Shown here: positions 27,728 to 37,161 of the stretch, piece by piece
Position numbering within the stretch: position 1 is the stretch's first letter
Layout of the letters: each line of letters starts with the position of its first letter
NCBI GenBank assembly: GCA_026399835.1
Contig: JAPLQE010000092.1
Location: 2,882 to 66,881 of the forward strand
Direction: 5' to 3'
Length of the DNA stretch: 64,000 nt
Source of the DNA: Burkholderiales bacterium
Lineage (GTDB): Bacteria; Pseudomonadota; Gammaproteobacteria; Burkholderiales; Burkholderiaceae_E
Program-made: the position numbers and the translations under genes
The notes under the pieces: model-generated
Databases searched by the model: none
What the model saw: only the letters and a program-made list of their open reading frames with translations
What the model was told of the DNA's origin: nothing

Positions 27728-30247
27728 TCAGCTCGCGGCAGCCGCCACCGGGAGCGCGGTGGCGCTGGCGCGCCGGGCGCCGAGCGCGCGCACGAACAGC
27801 GCCTGCACGTCCAGCACCTGCACCAGCGCATTGCGCTGCGGCTTGCCCGCCACCGCGGCGAGCTCGCAGTCGAGGATGCCGGTCACGCAGGCTTCGCGGC
27901 CCGCGAGCGGCGCCTCCTGCAGGCGCGCCTGCTCCACCTCGAGCACCGACAGCACGTCGTCGACTCGCAGTCCGATCGCCGGCATGCGCGGATCACGCTC
28001 CGAGCGCAGCACCAGCACCACGCCGTCGCCGTGCCGGGACGGATAGTCCACGCCGAACAGGCGCCGGGCGCAGATCACCTGGATCATCCGCGAGACACCT
28101 TCGGCCTGGACTTCGAGCATGCCCACCGAGTGCGACAGCGAGGACGGCGCGCGCACCAGCCCGCGGTGCGAGACGGCCTGCATCAGCAGGTCCGCCGGCA
28201 GCGCATAGCGGTTGCTGCCGACCTGGAACACGCCGAGCTCGAAGGTCGGCGCACGCGGCCTCGCCGGCGCGACGATCAGCGCCTCCTCGGACAGCGTGCT
28301 GCGCCGCCGATCGTGCGGCCCGAGACGCAGCGCGACCATCGCGCGCACGCCGTTGTCGTAGCCGTCTGCGGTCTTGAACTCCCGGTAGCCGGCGGCCGGC
28401 GACCGGGCGCAGGCCCAGCTCGCCCCGGCATGCTGGACCACCGCGCCGTCGCCCTCGAACTCGATGATGACGCCCGGCGTGAGCTCCGGATCGCTGGAGG
28501 CGACGATGCGCCCGGAGGCATCGATGAAGGCCGCGGCGCCTTTGCGCTCGCCCATCACATCGCGCAGCATCGCACCGAACTCGGCGCGCGAGTCGAAGAT
28601 CACCGCGATGCCGCCGATCAGCATGTTCGTGCCCGGCTCGCGCACGGCGGCGAGATAGACATAGGTGTCGCCCGCGTCGTGGAAGTCGGTGGGACCGAAC
28701 TCGCTGACCGCGTAGCGCTGCGAACCCGACAGCCGCCGCACCGACTCCAGCCAGCCGTCGTCGACCGTGCGGCCGACGAGGCTCGGGTCGGCCTCGGTAC
28801 GCGAAGCACCGCGCACGCGGCCCTCGGCGTCGAACACCACCAGCCGGCTGTACACCGTGTAGAGGCCGTTGACGCGGTCGAGCACCGTGTTGAGCGCGCT
28901 GCTCGACGCCTCGCCCGCCGGCTGCGCGAGTTGCTCGGCGATGGCGGGCGACAGCGCCCACCAGCGGCAGTCATTGGCCCGCTCGTAGAGGTTGCGGTCC
29001 ATGATGTCGGCGGCCAGGCGCGCGAGCTCGGCCGACTGCCGCCGTGTGCGCGCGAGCGAGGTCCGGTACAGGTCGCGCACCGCGATGTTGACGCGCTCGC
29101 GGGTGCGAAAGCCCGCGACGTTCACCTCGTTGAGCACCGCCTTGAGCCGCAGGGCGTCGCCCTGGCCGCCCACGTGCGCCATCAGCTGGCCGTTCCAGAC
29201 GACCCGACGCAGTTCGCGGTTGATCTCGTCGGCGTCTTGCTGGATCTCGGTCAGCTGCGCGCTGTCGAGCGGTACGTCGATGTCGGTCGCATCGTCGCGC
29301 GTGCGGAAGGCGGTCAGCAGCGACACCATCGCCTGCGCCCGCCACTTCGGGCCGAAATAGCCCTGGTAGCCGCGGGTCTCGCAGCCGACGGCCATGTACT
29401 CGCGGCCGGCGAAGGTGGTCAGCACGACGTCGTCGAAGGCGACCGAGGGCAGCAGCGATCCGATCGGCACGTGCGCGACGTCGTTCGAGGCGATCACGCG
29501 ATTGCGGTCGTCGACCAGCACCAGTGCGGTCTGCCCGCGCTCGTCGGCCATGCTCCTGAAGACGCGCGCCATCTCGTCGTGGAACCGGAACACCAGCACC
29601 AGCACGCCGATGGGGCGGCCGTCGGCCTGCACGATGCGGTTCGCGTACAGCAGCGAGGGGGCACCGCCGGCGACCAGGTCGGTCGGCGCGAAGCGCTCGC
29701 GGTAGGTGTGCGAGCCGATGGCCTCGGCGATCAGCGGGTCGGTGCTTCGCTCGAGCGGGGCGTCGTCCGCCAGCCGCGCGAGGACGGTGCCGTCCGGGGC
29801 GAGCAGGATCACGTCCTCGTAGACGGTGTACTTCGACTGGTAGTCGGCGAGCCGCGCCCGCATCGCACCGGCGAGCCCCGCCCGGGTGTCGTCGTCCGCG
29901 GCGCAGAACGCGCGGATCACGTCGTCGGTCGCGAGGAAGCCGACGTCGGCGGTCCGCTCGAACAGGTTTCGCACCAGGATGTCGATCGTGCAGCGCGCCC
30001 GCGCGCCGAGTTCGTCGCCGAGCTCGGCCAGGCTCTCGCCCGCGAGGCTCGACACCAGCCGGACCTGCAGCGCGCCGAAGTGCTCGCGCGTGCGGCTGAG
30101 CGTGGGCAGGATGGAGGCGACTTCCTCGGGGCAGCTGATCGCCGCGGCCGACTCGATCGTCTGCCACACCAGGCCGAGTTCGCGCATGTCACGCTCGGCC
30201 ACCTGCACCTTGCGCATGTGGGGCAACAGTTCTTCGATCGGTGTCAT
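27728..30247 (-). CDS. TM-less protein with two tandem (helical + PAS/Cache-like) sensor modules fused to a C-terminal CheW domain
   Basis: From ATG 30247 the product is 839 aa. An internal repeat is marked by DILVRNLFERTADVGFLATDD (about aa 88) and DIMDRNLYERANDCRWWALSP (about aa 455). Each is followed by beta-rich sensor-like segments (VILLAPDGTVLARL.., LVVFDAEGRVRGAS..). The last ~150 aa (FELGVFQVGSNRYALPADLLMQAV...VQVLDVQALF) look like CheW. I see no hydrophobic helices. Confidence 0.75.
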   Translation of the reverse strand: MTPIEELLPHMRKVQVAERDMRELGLVWQTIESAAAISCPEEVASILPTLSRTREHFGALQVRLVSSLAGESLAELGDELGARARCTIDILVRNLFERTADVGFLATDDVIRAFCAADDDTRAGLAGAMRARLADYQSKYTVYEDVILLAPDGTVLARLADDAPLERSTDPLIAEAIGSHTYRERFAPTDLVAGGAPSLLYANRIVQADGRPIGVLVLVFRFHDEMARVFRSMADERGQTALVLVDDRNRVIASNDVAHVPIGSLLPSVAFDDVVLTTFAGREYMAVGCETRGYQGYFGPKWRAQAMVSLLTAFRTRDDATDIDVPLDSAQLTEIQQDADEINRELRRVVWNGQLMAHVGGQGDALRLKAVLNEVNVAGFRTRERVNIAVRDLYRTSLARTRRQSAELARLAADIMDRNLYERANDCRWWALSPAIAEQLAQPAGEASSSALNTVLDRVNGLYTVYSRLVVFDAEGRVRGASRTEADPSLVGRTVDDGWLESVRRLSGSQRYAVSEFGPTDFHDAGDTYVYLAAVREPGTNMLIGGIAVIFDSRAEFGAMLRDVMGERKGAAAFIDASGRIVASSDPELTPGVIIEFEGDGAVVQHAGASWACARSPAAGYREFKTADGYDNGVRAMVALRLGPHDRRRSTLSEEALIVAPARPRAPTFELGVFQVGSNRYALPADLLMQAVSHRGLVRAPSSLSHSVGMLEVQAEGVSRMIQVICARRLFGVDYPSRHGDGVVLVLRSERDPRMPAIGLRVDDVLSVLEVEQARLQEAPLAGREACVTGILDCELAAVAGKPQRNALVQVLDVQALFVRALGARRASATALPVAAAAS

Positions 30248-30501
30248 CCGGGCCTCTGACTCACGGTTCCACCTGAGTCTAGGCAGGGATTCGCTCGGCG
30301 AAACATCGAACTGCGGCACCTTAACCGGCCTGTTCGGCGCCGCACCAAGGACAGGCACGATCCGCGCATCCCGGTCTCAATCGTGCACCACGGCGTGGCC
30401 GGTTCGAGCCCGGAGGGGTCGCGCGCGGCGTGGCCGACGGATCGGCCCGACGAGCGGCGCGACGAACGGCGCGACCGACGTCGCACCGTCCGCGCAGACC
30501 G

Positions 30502-30930
30502 TCAGCCGCGTACCACGAAGCCCATCAGCGCGGCGACCACGTAGGCGGCGAGGACGCCGAACCAGAAGTTCTTCGCCAGCGCGGCGCGCGCTGCGTACTC
30601 GGCCTGCTCGGCGGCGCGCTGCGCCGGTTCCAGGCCGCGGACCCAGGCCGAGAACGAGCGCGACTCGAACATCGCGAACAGCGGGTAGCCGAGCGCGACG
30701 AACCCGCCCCACAGCGCCGTGGCCAGCGGCCAGTCGCGGGGCCAGGACGGCGCGGCGAAGCCGCCGAACACGTAGGCCGCGAGCGGGAACAGACCGACGA
30801 ACAGGTGGACGATCAGCGCGGCGACGTTGAACTCGGCGCTGCCGAACTGCCAGCCGCGACGATCGGACCAGCGCACGCGGGCCGCGGGGCGGGCGGCGGC
30901 GCCCGGAAGGGAGATCGACGATTGGTTCAT
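30502..30930 (-). CDS. Hypothetical integral membrane protein
   Basis: From ATG 30930 the product is 142 aa with three or four hydrophobic segments (AALIVHLFVGLFPLAAYVFGGF, LATALWGGFVALGYPLFAMF, FWFGVLAAYVVAALMGFVV). Confidence 0.5.
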   Translation of the reverse strand: MNQSSISLPGAAARPAARVRWSDRRGWQFGSAEFNVAALIVHLFVGLFPLAAYVFGGFAAPSWPRDWPLATALWGGFVALGYPLFAMFESRSFSAWVRGLEPAQRAAEQAEYAARAALAKNFWFGVLAAYVVAALMGFVVRG

Positions 30931-31052
30931 GCGTTCACCTCGGTTTGGGGGGCGAGGCCACTGTGCGCCGTGCCGCCCTTCGCCCGGCCCATAGGCGAGC
31001 GTGGCAGTCGGGCTTGGCGGACCGGACGTCGGTGTTTCGAGACGTCCGACGC

Positions 31053-31430
31053 TCAGATCGGCAGCGCCGTCTCGTACTTCACCTCGCGCAGCACGACGTT
31101 CGTGCGGATGCTGGCCACCCCCGGAATCCTGAACACCACCTCGTGCAGGAACCGGTCGTAGGCCTTCATGTCGGGCACCACGACCTTGATCAGGTAGTCG
31201 GCCTCGCCGGTGATGCCGTGGCACTCGATGATCTCGGGGCAGGCCCGCACCTGCCGTTCGAACCCGTCGACCACGCCCTCGACATGCCGCTCGAGCGACA
31301 CGTTGGCCAGCACGCACGCGTGCAGCCCGAGCTTCTCGCGGTCCAGCAGCGCGGCCCAGCGCCGGATCACACCGCGCTCCTGGAGCTCGCGGATCCGCCT
31401 GCAGACCGTCATCGCCCGGCTGATGAAAGC
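31053..31430 (-). pseudogene. Lrp/AsnC-family transcriptional regulator, 5'-truncated
   Basis: The C-terminal RAM/effector domain is intact (ANVSLERHVEGVVDGFERQVRACPEIIECHGITGEADYLIKVVVPDMKAYDRFLHEVVFRIPGVASIRTNVVLREVKYETALPI). Only the last helix of the HTH (CRRIRELQERGVI) remains. There is no start codon, and the upstream DNA is an IS91 remnant. Confidence 0.7.
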
Positions 31431-31439
31431 GCTCACGCG

Positions 31440-31800
31440 CCGGGCGTGCTGGTCGAGGACATGGGCCAGACCTGGCTGGCCGAGCCGCCTGGCGATGGCG
31501 AGGAGGCGCGCAGTTTGCGGCCGCTGCAGGCGGCGGCTATCACGTATCGCATCGCCTTCGGCCCGCGCGCAGGACGCAAGGTGCTGACCCTGAGAGGGGC
31601 GATCCCGCGCGAGGCCGCAGCGCGCCAGCGGCTGTGCGCCGACATCGACGGGTTCAGCCTTCACGCCGCGGTGCGGATCGAAGCCCACGATCGCAGGCGG
31701 CTGGAGCGGTTGTGTCGATACATCACGCGACAGGTCAGGTGGAGCTGAGGCTCGAGACACCGTGGCGACCCGGATCACGCACGGTGATGCTTCACGGCCT
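31440..31800 (+). mobile_element. Internal remnant of an IS91-family (Y2 rolling-circle) transposase gene
   Basis: The plus-strand frames read GVLVEDMGQTWLAEPPGDGEEARSLRPLQAAAITYRIAFGPRAGRKVLTLRGAIPREAAARQRLCADIDGFSLHAAVRIEAHDRRRLERLCRYITR. After a frameshift they read GQVELRLETPWRPGSRTVML. This is a close match to the conserved ..TYRIAxGPRAGxKV..GFSLHAAVR..LExLCRYITRP..LKTPWRDGT.. block. Both ends are missing. Confidence 0.65.
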
Positions 31801-31915
31801 CGGTCAGGTGAGCCTCGCGTACGACCGCCGCGTGGCGACGATCGTGCTCGAGGCCTTGTCGGCGGCCGAAGGCGGCCGGACCGACCGCACCGCCCGAGGT
31901 GGCGCGATCCTCGGC

Positions 31916-32314
31916 TCAGGCGCCGGTGTCGATCGACCACCGGGTGCCGCAGCCCCGGCAGGAAGCGACGAACTGAAGAGGGCGACCCAGGCTGCCGGAC
32001 TCGTTCTCAGGCACCGGCCGGAAGCCGTCGCGCTGGCAGGCGGGACACACTGCCTGGCTTCCGACATGCTCGGCCACCATCATCATCTGCGCGTAGCGCC
32101 GCAGGCAGACCCAGCCCAGACAGCCTCCGCCCACCACCAGGAGGCCGTCGTACAGCAGCTCGAACCGAGACGTCGGCTCGGACAGGAGCTCGAGTCCCGC
32201 CACGACCACGATGAGCGCGAGCACGAGCGTCACCAGATAGAGGTGACTCTCGACGAGCTGGCGCTCGTACCACTTCCGATAGCCGTATTTGCGGATGCGT
32301 TCGACCGTGCTCAT
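31916..32314 (-). CDS. Hypothetical membrane protein with C-terminal CxxC...CxxC zinc-ribbon
   Basis: From ATG 32314 the product is 132 aa. It has two hydrophobic helices (HLYLVTLVLALIVVVAGLELL, LLVVGGGCLGWVCL), then CPACQ...CRGCG. Confidence 0.45.
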   Translation of the reverse strand: MSTVERIRKYGYRKWYERQLVESHLYLVTLVLALIVVVAGLELLSEPTSRFELLYDGLLVVGGGCLGWVCLRRYAQMMMVAEHVGSQAVCPACQRDGFRPVPENESGSLGRPLQFVASCRGCGTRWSIDTGA

Positions 32315-32412
32315 CGCGCCCCCTCGCCGCTTCTGCGCGTGACCCGTCAGTCCGGGATGATGCGCCGGATGACGAACGGATCGCAACCGGCCCACTGCAG
32401 GGCGCTACGCGC

Positions 32413-33057
32413 TCAGTGGCCTGCGGTCCAGCGCCCGGCCCGTGCCAATGCGGTCAGCGCCTTCGGCTGCCGCTCGGCGGGCCGCACCTGCGCCAGCAGC
32501 CTCAGCAACAGCATCGCGGTGGCGAACGCGTCGGCGCTCGCATGGTGACGCTGAGCGACGTCGATCGAGAAGTGGGCGAGCCATTCGTCGAGGGCATGGG
32601 CCCGGACGCCCGGATTCAACGCCGGCGCGAGACCCGCCAGGTCGATCCAGCGTGCATCGAGTCGGCGCCCGAGCGACTCGCGAACCGTCCGAGCGAGGAA
32701 CGCGCGGTCGAAGTCCGCATGGAACGCGACCAACGTGGCCCCACCGGCGTAGTCGAGGAACGCGGCACAGGCCTCGCGCGGCTCGACCCCGCCCCGCTGG
32801 GCGGCCTCGCCGATCCGATGGATCAGGATGTTGTCGCGGCCGCTGGTACGCGCGGGCCGCAGCACCTGCTCGAAACTGTCGGACGCGACGATCCGGCCCC
32901 CCACCACCGCCACCGCCCCGATCGCGATCAGCGCGTCGGAACCGGGATCGAGACCGGTGGTCTCGCAGTCGACCACCACGAACCGCGATCCGCCGTCCTG
33001 TCGCTGCGCCGGGATCGGATCGCGTCTCGGACCGAGCAGGCGCCGCAGCCAGTGCAT
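32413..33057 (-). CDS. DEDDh 3'-5' exonuclease (DnaQ/epsilon-like)
   Basis: From ATG 33057 the product is 214 aa. It has FVVVDCETTGLDP (ExoI), LVAFHADFDRAFL (ExoII) and QRHHASADAFATA (ExoIII, H-x4-D). Confidence 0.8.
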   Translation of the reverse strand: MHWLRRLLGPRRDPIPAQRQDGGSRFVVVDCETTGLDPGSDALIAIGAVAVVGGRIVASDSFEQVLRPARTSGRDNILIHRIGEAAQRGGVEPREACAAFLDYAGGATLVAFHADFDRAFLARTVRESLGRRLDARWIDLAGLAPALNPGVRAHALDEWLAHFSIDVAQRHHASADAFATAMLLLRLLAQVRPAERQPKALTALARAGRWTAGH

Positions 33058-33062
33058 CGACG

Positions 33063-34937
33063 TCAGCCGGGGTAATCGAGCGCGAGTCGGCGCTGCAGCA
33101 TGCGCGCCTGCTGGAACGCTTCCTTGAGGATCCTGCGATCGAGCGCCGACAGGGAATGGACGTCGATCAGGTTCGGATTCGGCATGGTCTCGGCCGCCTT
33201 TTCCTGCTGTACACGCAGGCGCAGGCTCTGCAGGAACTGGAAGGCGTCGACCCACGACCGGGTCTCGCGCTCCGGTAGCACGCCTGCCTCGGCGAGCGCT
33301 TCGAGCCGCTCGGCCGTCCCGGTCTGGGTGACGCCATTCGCGAGCGCAAGCAACCGGGCGCCGTCGACGAAGGGCGAGGTGCCGTGGCGCTTCAAATCGA
33401 TCTGCGCCGACTCGGACCCGAACAGTTGCCCGATCAGCCCTCCCGTCCAGGCGGGCGGGGGCCCGTTGCGCAGGGCGTTGTCGCTCATCTGCTTGAGGAA
33501 TCGGACGTTGGCGGCGGCGCGTCGCGTGACCCGGTCACGCAGCGTGACGGCGAGCGAGGCGTCACCCGCCAGCGCCCGGAAGTCGAAGAAGATGTTGGCC
33601 GCGAGAAGGCTCTGAGGATCGCCGCGATCGATCCAACCGTTGAACAGCGCCTCCCATTCCGACGCCTCCAGGCACCATCGCGCGTTGCCCGCCATGATGC
33701 CGCCCCGGCACAGCGGATAGCCGCACCTGTCGAGCGCATGGTTCACCGTATCGGCGAACGCCCTCATCCGCTCGCGCTCGGCCGGCCCGGCACCGTCGGG
33801 CAACACCAGGCCGTTGTCCTGATCGGTCGCGATGGTCTGCTCCTCGCGGCCCTCGCTGCCGAGTGCCAGCCAACATGTCCGTTCGATCGCGACACGGGCC
33901 TGCGCCGCCGTCAGGTCGATCACGCGGCGGGTCAGCTGGTCGTTCAGGCGGCTGATCAGGCGGGTCACGAACCCGGCCGCCACGCCCTGGGCGACCAGTG
34001 CGCCCGACCACGCACGGATGTCGGCCGCGGCGTCGGCGAGGGCGTCGACCGATGCGGCGAACCCGATTGCATCGCCGATCGCACGCATGCTCTGGCGCTG
34101 AAGCACGAAGAGGTCGCGCTCGGTCACCACCCCCGCCAGACGACCGTCGCGCACCACCGGCACGTGCCGGATGCCGCGGCTTGCCATCAGCAGCATCGCC
34201 TCGGCGGCGGACGCCTGCGCATCGAGCGTGACCAGCGGCGTGGTCATCACCGAGGCGATCGGCGTGTCCAGTGACAGGCCCGGCAGGACGACGCGTCCGA
34301 TCACGTCCTGTCGCGTGAAGATACCCTCGGCGTCGCCGACGATCACCGAGCCCACGCGCTCGCGCTCCATGGTCTCGAACACGACGCGCAGGCTGACCTC
34401 TCCCGCCACCGAGATCGGCTCGCGGCGCACGAGCGCCGACAGGGGCCCCATCATCGAGCGGCCCTGGGCCGCCTGGCGGGCGTAGCTCGCCTGAACCGCC
34501 TGCCGGGACAGGTCGAGCATCGCGCCGAGGCGACGCTTGCAGAAGTCCAGGAACACCTCGCTGCGTTGAATCAGCACGTCGAAATCGGCACGCGACAGCA
34601 CCCAGCAGAACACGTCGCCGGCGGCCGTATAGCGGGCCGAGACCGCACGCCCGGCAAGCAGCGCACCCACCGGGAAGGGCTCGCCCTGTGTCAGCTGCAG
34701 ACCCGGTTCGGCGGCCTGCTGATCGTCGGGCCGCCGCCCGGCCACCACACCGTCGCGCACGATCCAGCAGGCGTCGGGTGTTCCCGCCTCCGGCGCGATG
34801 ATCACCTCGCCCGGAGCGAAATAGGCGAGTTCGACGCGTCCGGCGATGAACTCGAGATCCTCGCCGCGCATCGTGGAGAACGGCGGATGGACTTCGAGCG
34901 CGGCACGCACTGCGGCGACGATGGTCGGCGAACTCAT
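33063..34937 (-). CDS. cNMP-binding + tandem CBS + DUF294 nucleotidyltransferase + DUF294_C protein
   Basis: From ATG 34937 the product is 624 aa. The N-terminal half has a cyclic-nucleotide-binding-like region (FAPGEVIIAPEAGTPDACWIVRDGVV) and CBS-like segments (RHVPVVRDGRLAGVVTERDL). It is followed by WLALGSEGREEQTIATDQDNGLV (nucleotidyltransferase G[S]-x-DxD) and a helical C-terminus. Confidence 0.85.
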   Translation of the reverse strand: MSSPTIVAAVRAALEVHPPFSTMRGEDLEFIAGRVELAYFAPGEVIIAPEAGTPDACWIVRDGVVAGRRPDDQQAAEPGLQLTQGEPFPVGALLAGRAVSARYTAAGDVFCWVLSRADFDVLIQRSEVFLDFCKRRLGAMLDLSRQAVQASYARQAAQGRSMMGPLSALVRREPISVAGEVSLRVVFETMERERVGSVIVGDAEGIFTRQDVIGRVVLPGLSLDTPIASVMTTPLVTLDAQASAAEAMLLMASRGIRHVPVVRDGRLAGVVTERDLFVLQRQSMRAIGDAIGFAASVDALADAAADIRAWSGALVAQGVAAGFVTRLISRLNDQLTRRVIDLTAAQARVAIERTCWLALGSEGREEQTIATDQDNGLVLPDGAGPAERERMRAFADTVNHALDRCGYPLCRGGIMAGNARWCLEASEWEALFNGWIDRGDPQSLLAANIFFDFRALAGDASLAVTLRDRVTRRAAANVRFLKQMSDNALRNGPPPAWTGGLIGQLFGSESAQIDLKRHGTSPFVDGARLLALANGVTQTGTAERLEALAEAGVLPERETRSWVDAFQFLQSLRLRVQQEKAAETMPNPNLIDVHSLSALDRRILKEAFQQARMLQRRLALDYPG

Positions 34938-35015
34938 GCGGGGTATGTAAGGTGCGTTGGGCAGGGGGGCGCGCTCGACATCGCTTCGAGTGCAACGGTA
35001 CCGAATTCGCCGGCG

Positions 35016-35041
35016 AAAAAAAACCGGGCCTGGGGCCCGGT
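35016..35041 (-). terminator. Rho-independent terminator after actP
   Basis: On the minus strand, ACCGGGCC-CCA-GGCCCGGU is followed by UUUUUUUU, 50 nt after the actP stop. Confidence 0.75.
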
Positions 35042-35091
35042 CTGTTTCCACGCTGCCGGCGCGCCGTGCGGGCGCGCCGGCAACTCGGCGG

Positions 35092-37161
35092 TCAGGCCGC
35101 CTTGAGGTTCGGATACCGGACGTTCTGGACCATGTCCTGAGTCTCTTTCGAGGGCGCCGGGGTGACCAGACTGACGAGAATGATCACCAGGAATCCCAAG
35201 GGGACACCGAACACGCCAGCCGAGATCGGCAGGATGTCCCACCACAGGTCCGGGGCAACCGAGCGGGCGGTTCCGAAGAACACCTCGCGCAGCCACGGGT
35301 GGGTCGAGATCATGTACCAGAAGGTCACGCCCACACCGGCGAGCATGCCCAGCGACGCGGCAATGCCCGTGGTGCGCTTCCAGAACACACCGAGCACCAG
35401 TGCCGGGAAGAAGCCGGCTGCCGCCAGCGAGAAGGCCGCAGACACCAGGAACAGGATGTCGGCGATCTTCAGAGAGGCCACGTACGCGGCGAGTGCGGCG
35501 ACCACCAGCAACAGGATCTTGGAGAGCAGCACGCGGCGGGACGTGGGCGCGTTCGGATCGATCATCTTGTAGTAGAGATCGTGCGACAGCGCGTTGGCGA
35601 TGGTCAGCAGCAAGCCGTCCGCCGTGGACAGCGCCGCCGCCAGACCGCCTGCGGCCACGAGGCCCGACACCACGTACGGCAGGCCCGCGATCTCCGGCGT
35701 GGCCAGCACGACGATGTCACCGCCGATCACGATCTCCGCCAACTGCACGATGCCGTCCCGGTTGACGTCGGTGATCGACAGCAACGATGGATCGACCTTC
35801 GCCCAAGCCTGTGCCCACGCTGGAAGGCTGGTGAACGCCGTGCCCACCACGTCGTTGTACATCACGAACTTGACCAGTACGGCGAGGGCCGGGGCCGTGA
35901 AGTACAGCAGGAAGATGAAGAACAGCGACCAGGTCACCGAGCTTCTGGCTTCCTTGACCGATGGCGTCGTGTAGTACCGCATCAGGATGTGAGGCAGTGC
36001 AGCGGTGCCCACCATCAGGCAGAAGACCAGGGCCAGGAAGTTCCTGCGGGCGATGTCCCGGGCCTTCTCGTCCTTGCCTGCAAACGCTTCTCCGTGCCGG
36101 GCCGGCGGATTGGCGCGACCGGCGGCTGCCCGGTCACGCGTCCATTGGGCCGTGGCCGCGGCCTGGTCCTTCGGCCAACGGCCCAACGCGTCCTCCGCCG
36201 CCTTGATCTTGCCCGCATCCTCGTTGGCGGCCTTCAGATCGGCCAGGTTCTTCTCCAGCCTCGCCTTGCCGTCGGTGTACGCCTTGGCCGGGTCCTTCAG
36301 GGCCTCGGTCGCCGCGGCTGCACGATCACGGAAGATCTGTCGGACCTCCTTCTCCTTCGGATCGTCGATCAGCTTCTGCTCGAGCGCAGTGACCTTCTCG
36401 AGCTGGCTGCCGTAGACGACCTGGGGCACCGGGATACCGGTCTGCTTCACCGACAGCCACACCACCGGGATCAGGTAGGCGATGATCAGGATGATGTACT
36501 GGGCGACCTGCGTCCAGGTGACCGCCTTCATGCCGCCGAGGAACGAGCAGACCAGGATGCCGGCCAGCCCGAGGAACACGCCCACCTGGAAGTCCACGCC
36601 GGTGAGCCGGGTGGTGATCAGGCCAACCCCGTAGATCTGCGCGACCACGTAGGTGAACGAAACCAGGATGGCGATCAGGATGCCGATGAACCGGGGAATG
36701 TGGCCGCCGTATCGCGCGCCCAGGAAGTCGGGGATGGTGAATTGCCCGAACTTCCTCAGATAGGGCGCAAGAAGCAGCGCCACCAGCACGTATCCACCGG
36801 TCCATCCCATGATGAACGCCAGGCCGTTGTAGCCGGACAGGTACAGCGTGCCGGCCATGCCGATGAACGACGCGGCCGACATCCAGTCGGCGCCGGTGGC
36901 CATGCCATTGAACATCGCCGGAACGCGGCGACCGGCCACGTAGTACTCCGAGGCGTCATTGGTCCGGCTCATCACGCCGATGCCCGCGTACAGCAGGATC
37001 GTCGCGACGAGGAACACGTAGCCCATCGTCTGGCGGGCCATGCCCATCTGCTCGAGGATCGCGAGTGCGGCCACGAACAGGAAGAACCCGCCGGTGTAGA
37101 ACGCGTAGACCTTCGTGAGCTGCGCCTTGAAGGCCTTCTGAGACTGCACGGCAGCACTCAT
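35092..37161 (-). CDS. actP: Cation/acetate symporter ActP (SSF family)
   Basis: 689 aa and polytopic. It shows the typical ActP architecture, including a long charged cytoplasmic insert (~aa 260-370), and has a 4-bp overlap with the upstream DUF485 gene. Confidence 0.9.
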   Translation of the reverse strand: MSAAVQSQKAFKAQLTKVYAFYTGGFFLFVAALAILEQMGMARQTMGYVFLVATILLYAGIGVMSRTNDASEYYVAGRRVPAMFNGMATGADWMSAASFIGMAGTLYLSGYNGLAFIMGWTGGYVLVALLLAPYLRKFGQFTIPDFLGARYGGHIPRFIGILIAILVSFTYVVAQIYGVGLITTRLTGVDFQVGVFLGLAGILVCSFLGGMKAVTWTQVAQYIILIIAYLIPVVWLSVKQTGIPVPQVVYGSQLEKVTALEQKLIDDPKEKEVRQIFRDRAAAATEALKDPAKAYTDGKARLEKNLADLKAANEDAGKIKAAEDALGRWPKDQAAATAQWTRDRAAAGRANPPARHGEAFAGKDEKARDIARRNFLALVFCLMVGTAALPHILMRYYTTPSVKEARSSVTWSLFFIFLLYFTAPALAVLVKFVMYNDVVGTAFTSLPAWAQAWAKVDPSLLSITDVNRDGIVQLAEIVIGGDIVVLATPEIAGLPYVVSGLVAAGGLAAALSTADGLLLTIANALSHDLYYKMIDPNAPTSRRVLLSKILLLVVAALAAYVASLKIADILFLVSAAFSLAAAGFFPALVLGVFWKRTTGIAASLGMLAGVGVTFWYMISTHPWLREVFFGTARSVAPDLWWDILPISAGVFGVPLGFLVIILVSLVTPAPSKETQDMVQNVRYPNLKAA

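Noticed and set aside
30395-30422. A tRNA-like T-arm (GCCGGTTCGAGCCCGGA) in the intergenic region, which could be a tRNA gene or an att-site remnant.
   Set aside because: No complementary acceptor strand, D-arm or anticodon arm can be built from the preceding ~50 nt. A 10-mer like GGTTCGAGCC is expected by chance occasionally in 128 kb of GC-rich sequence. The same applies to the minus-strand motif at 39031-39060.
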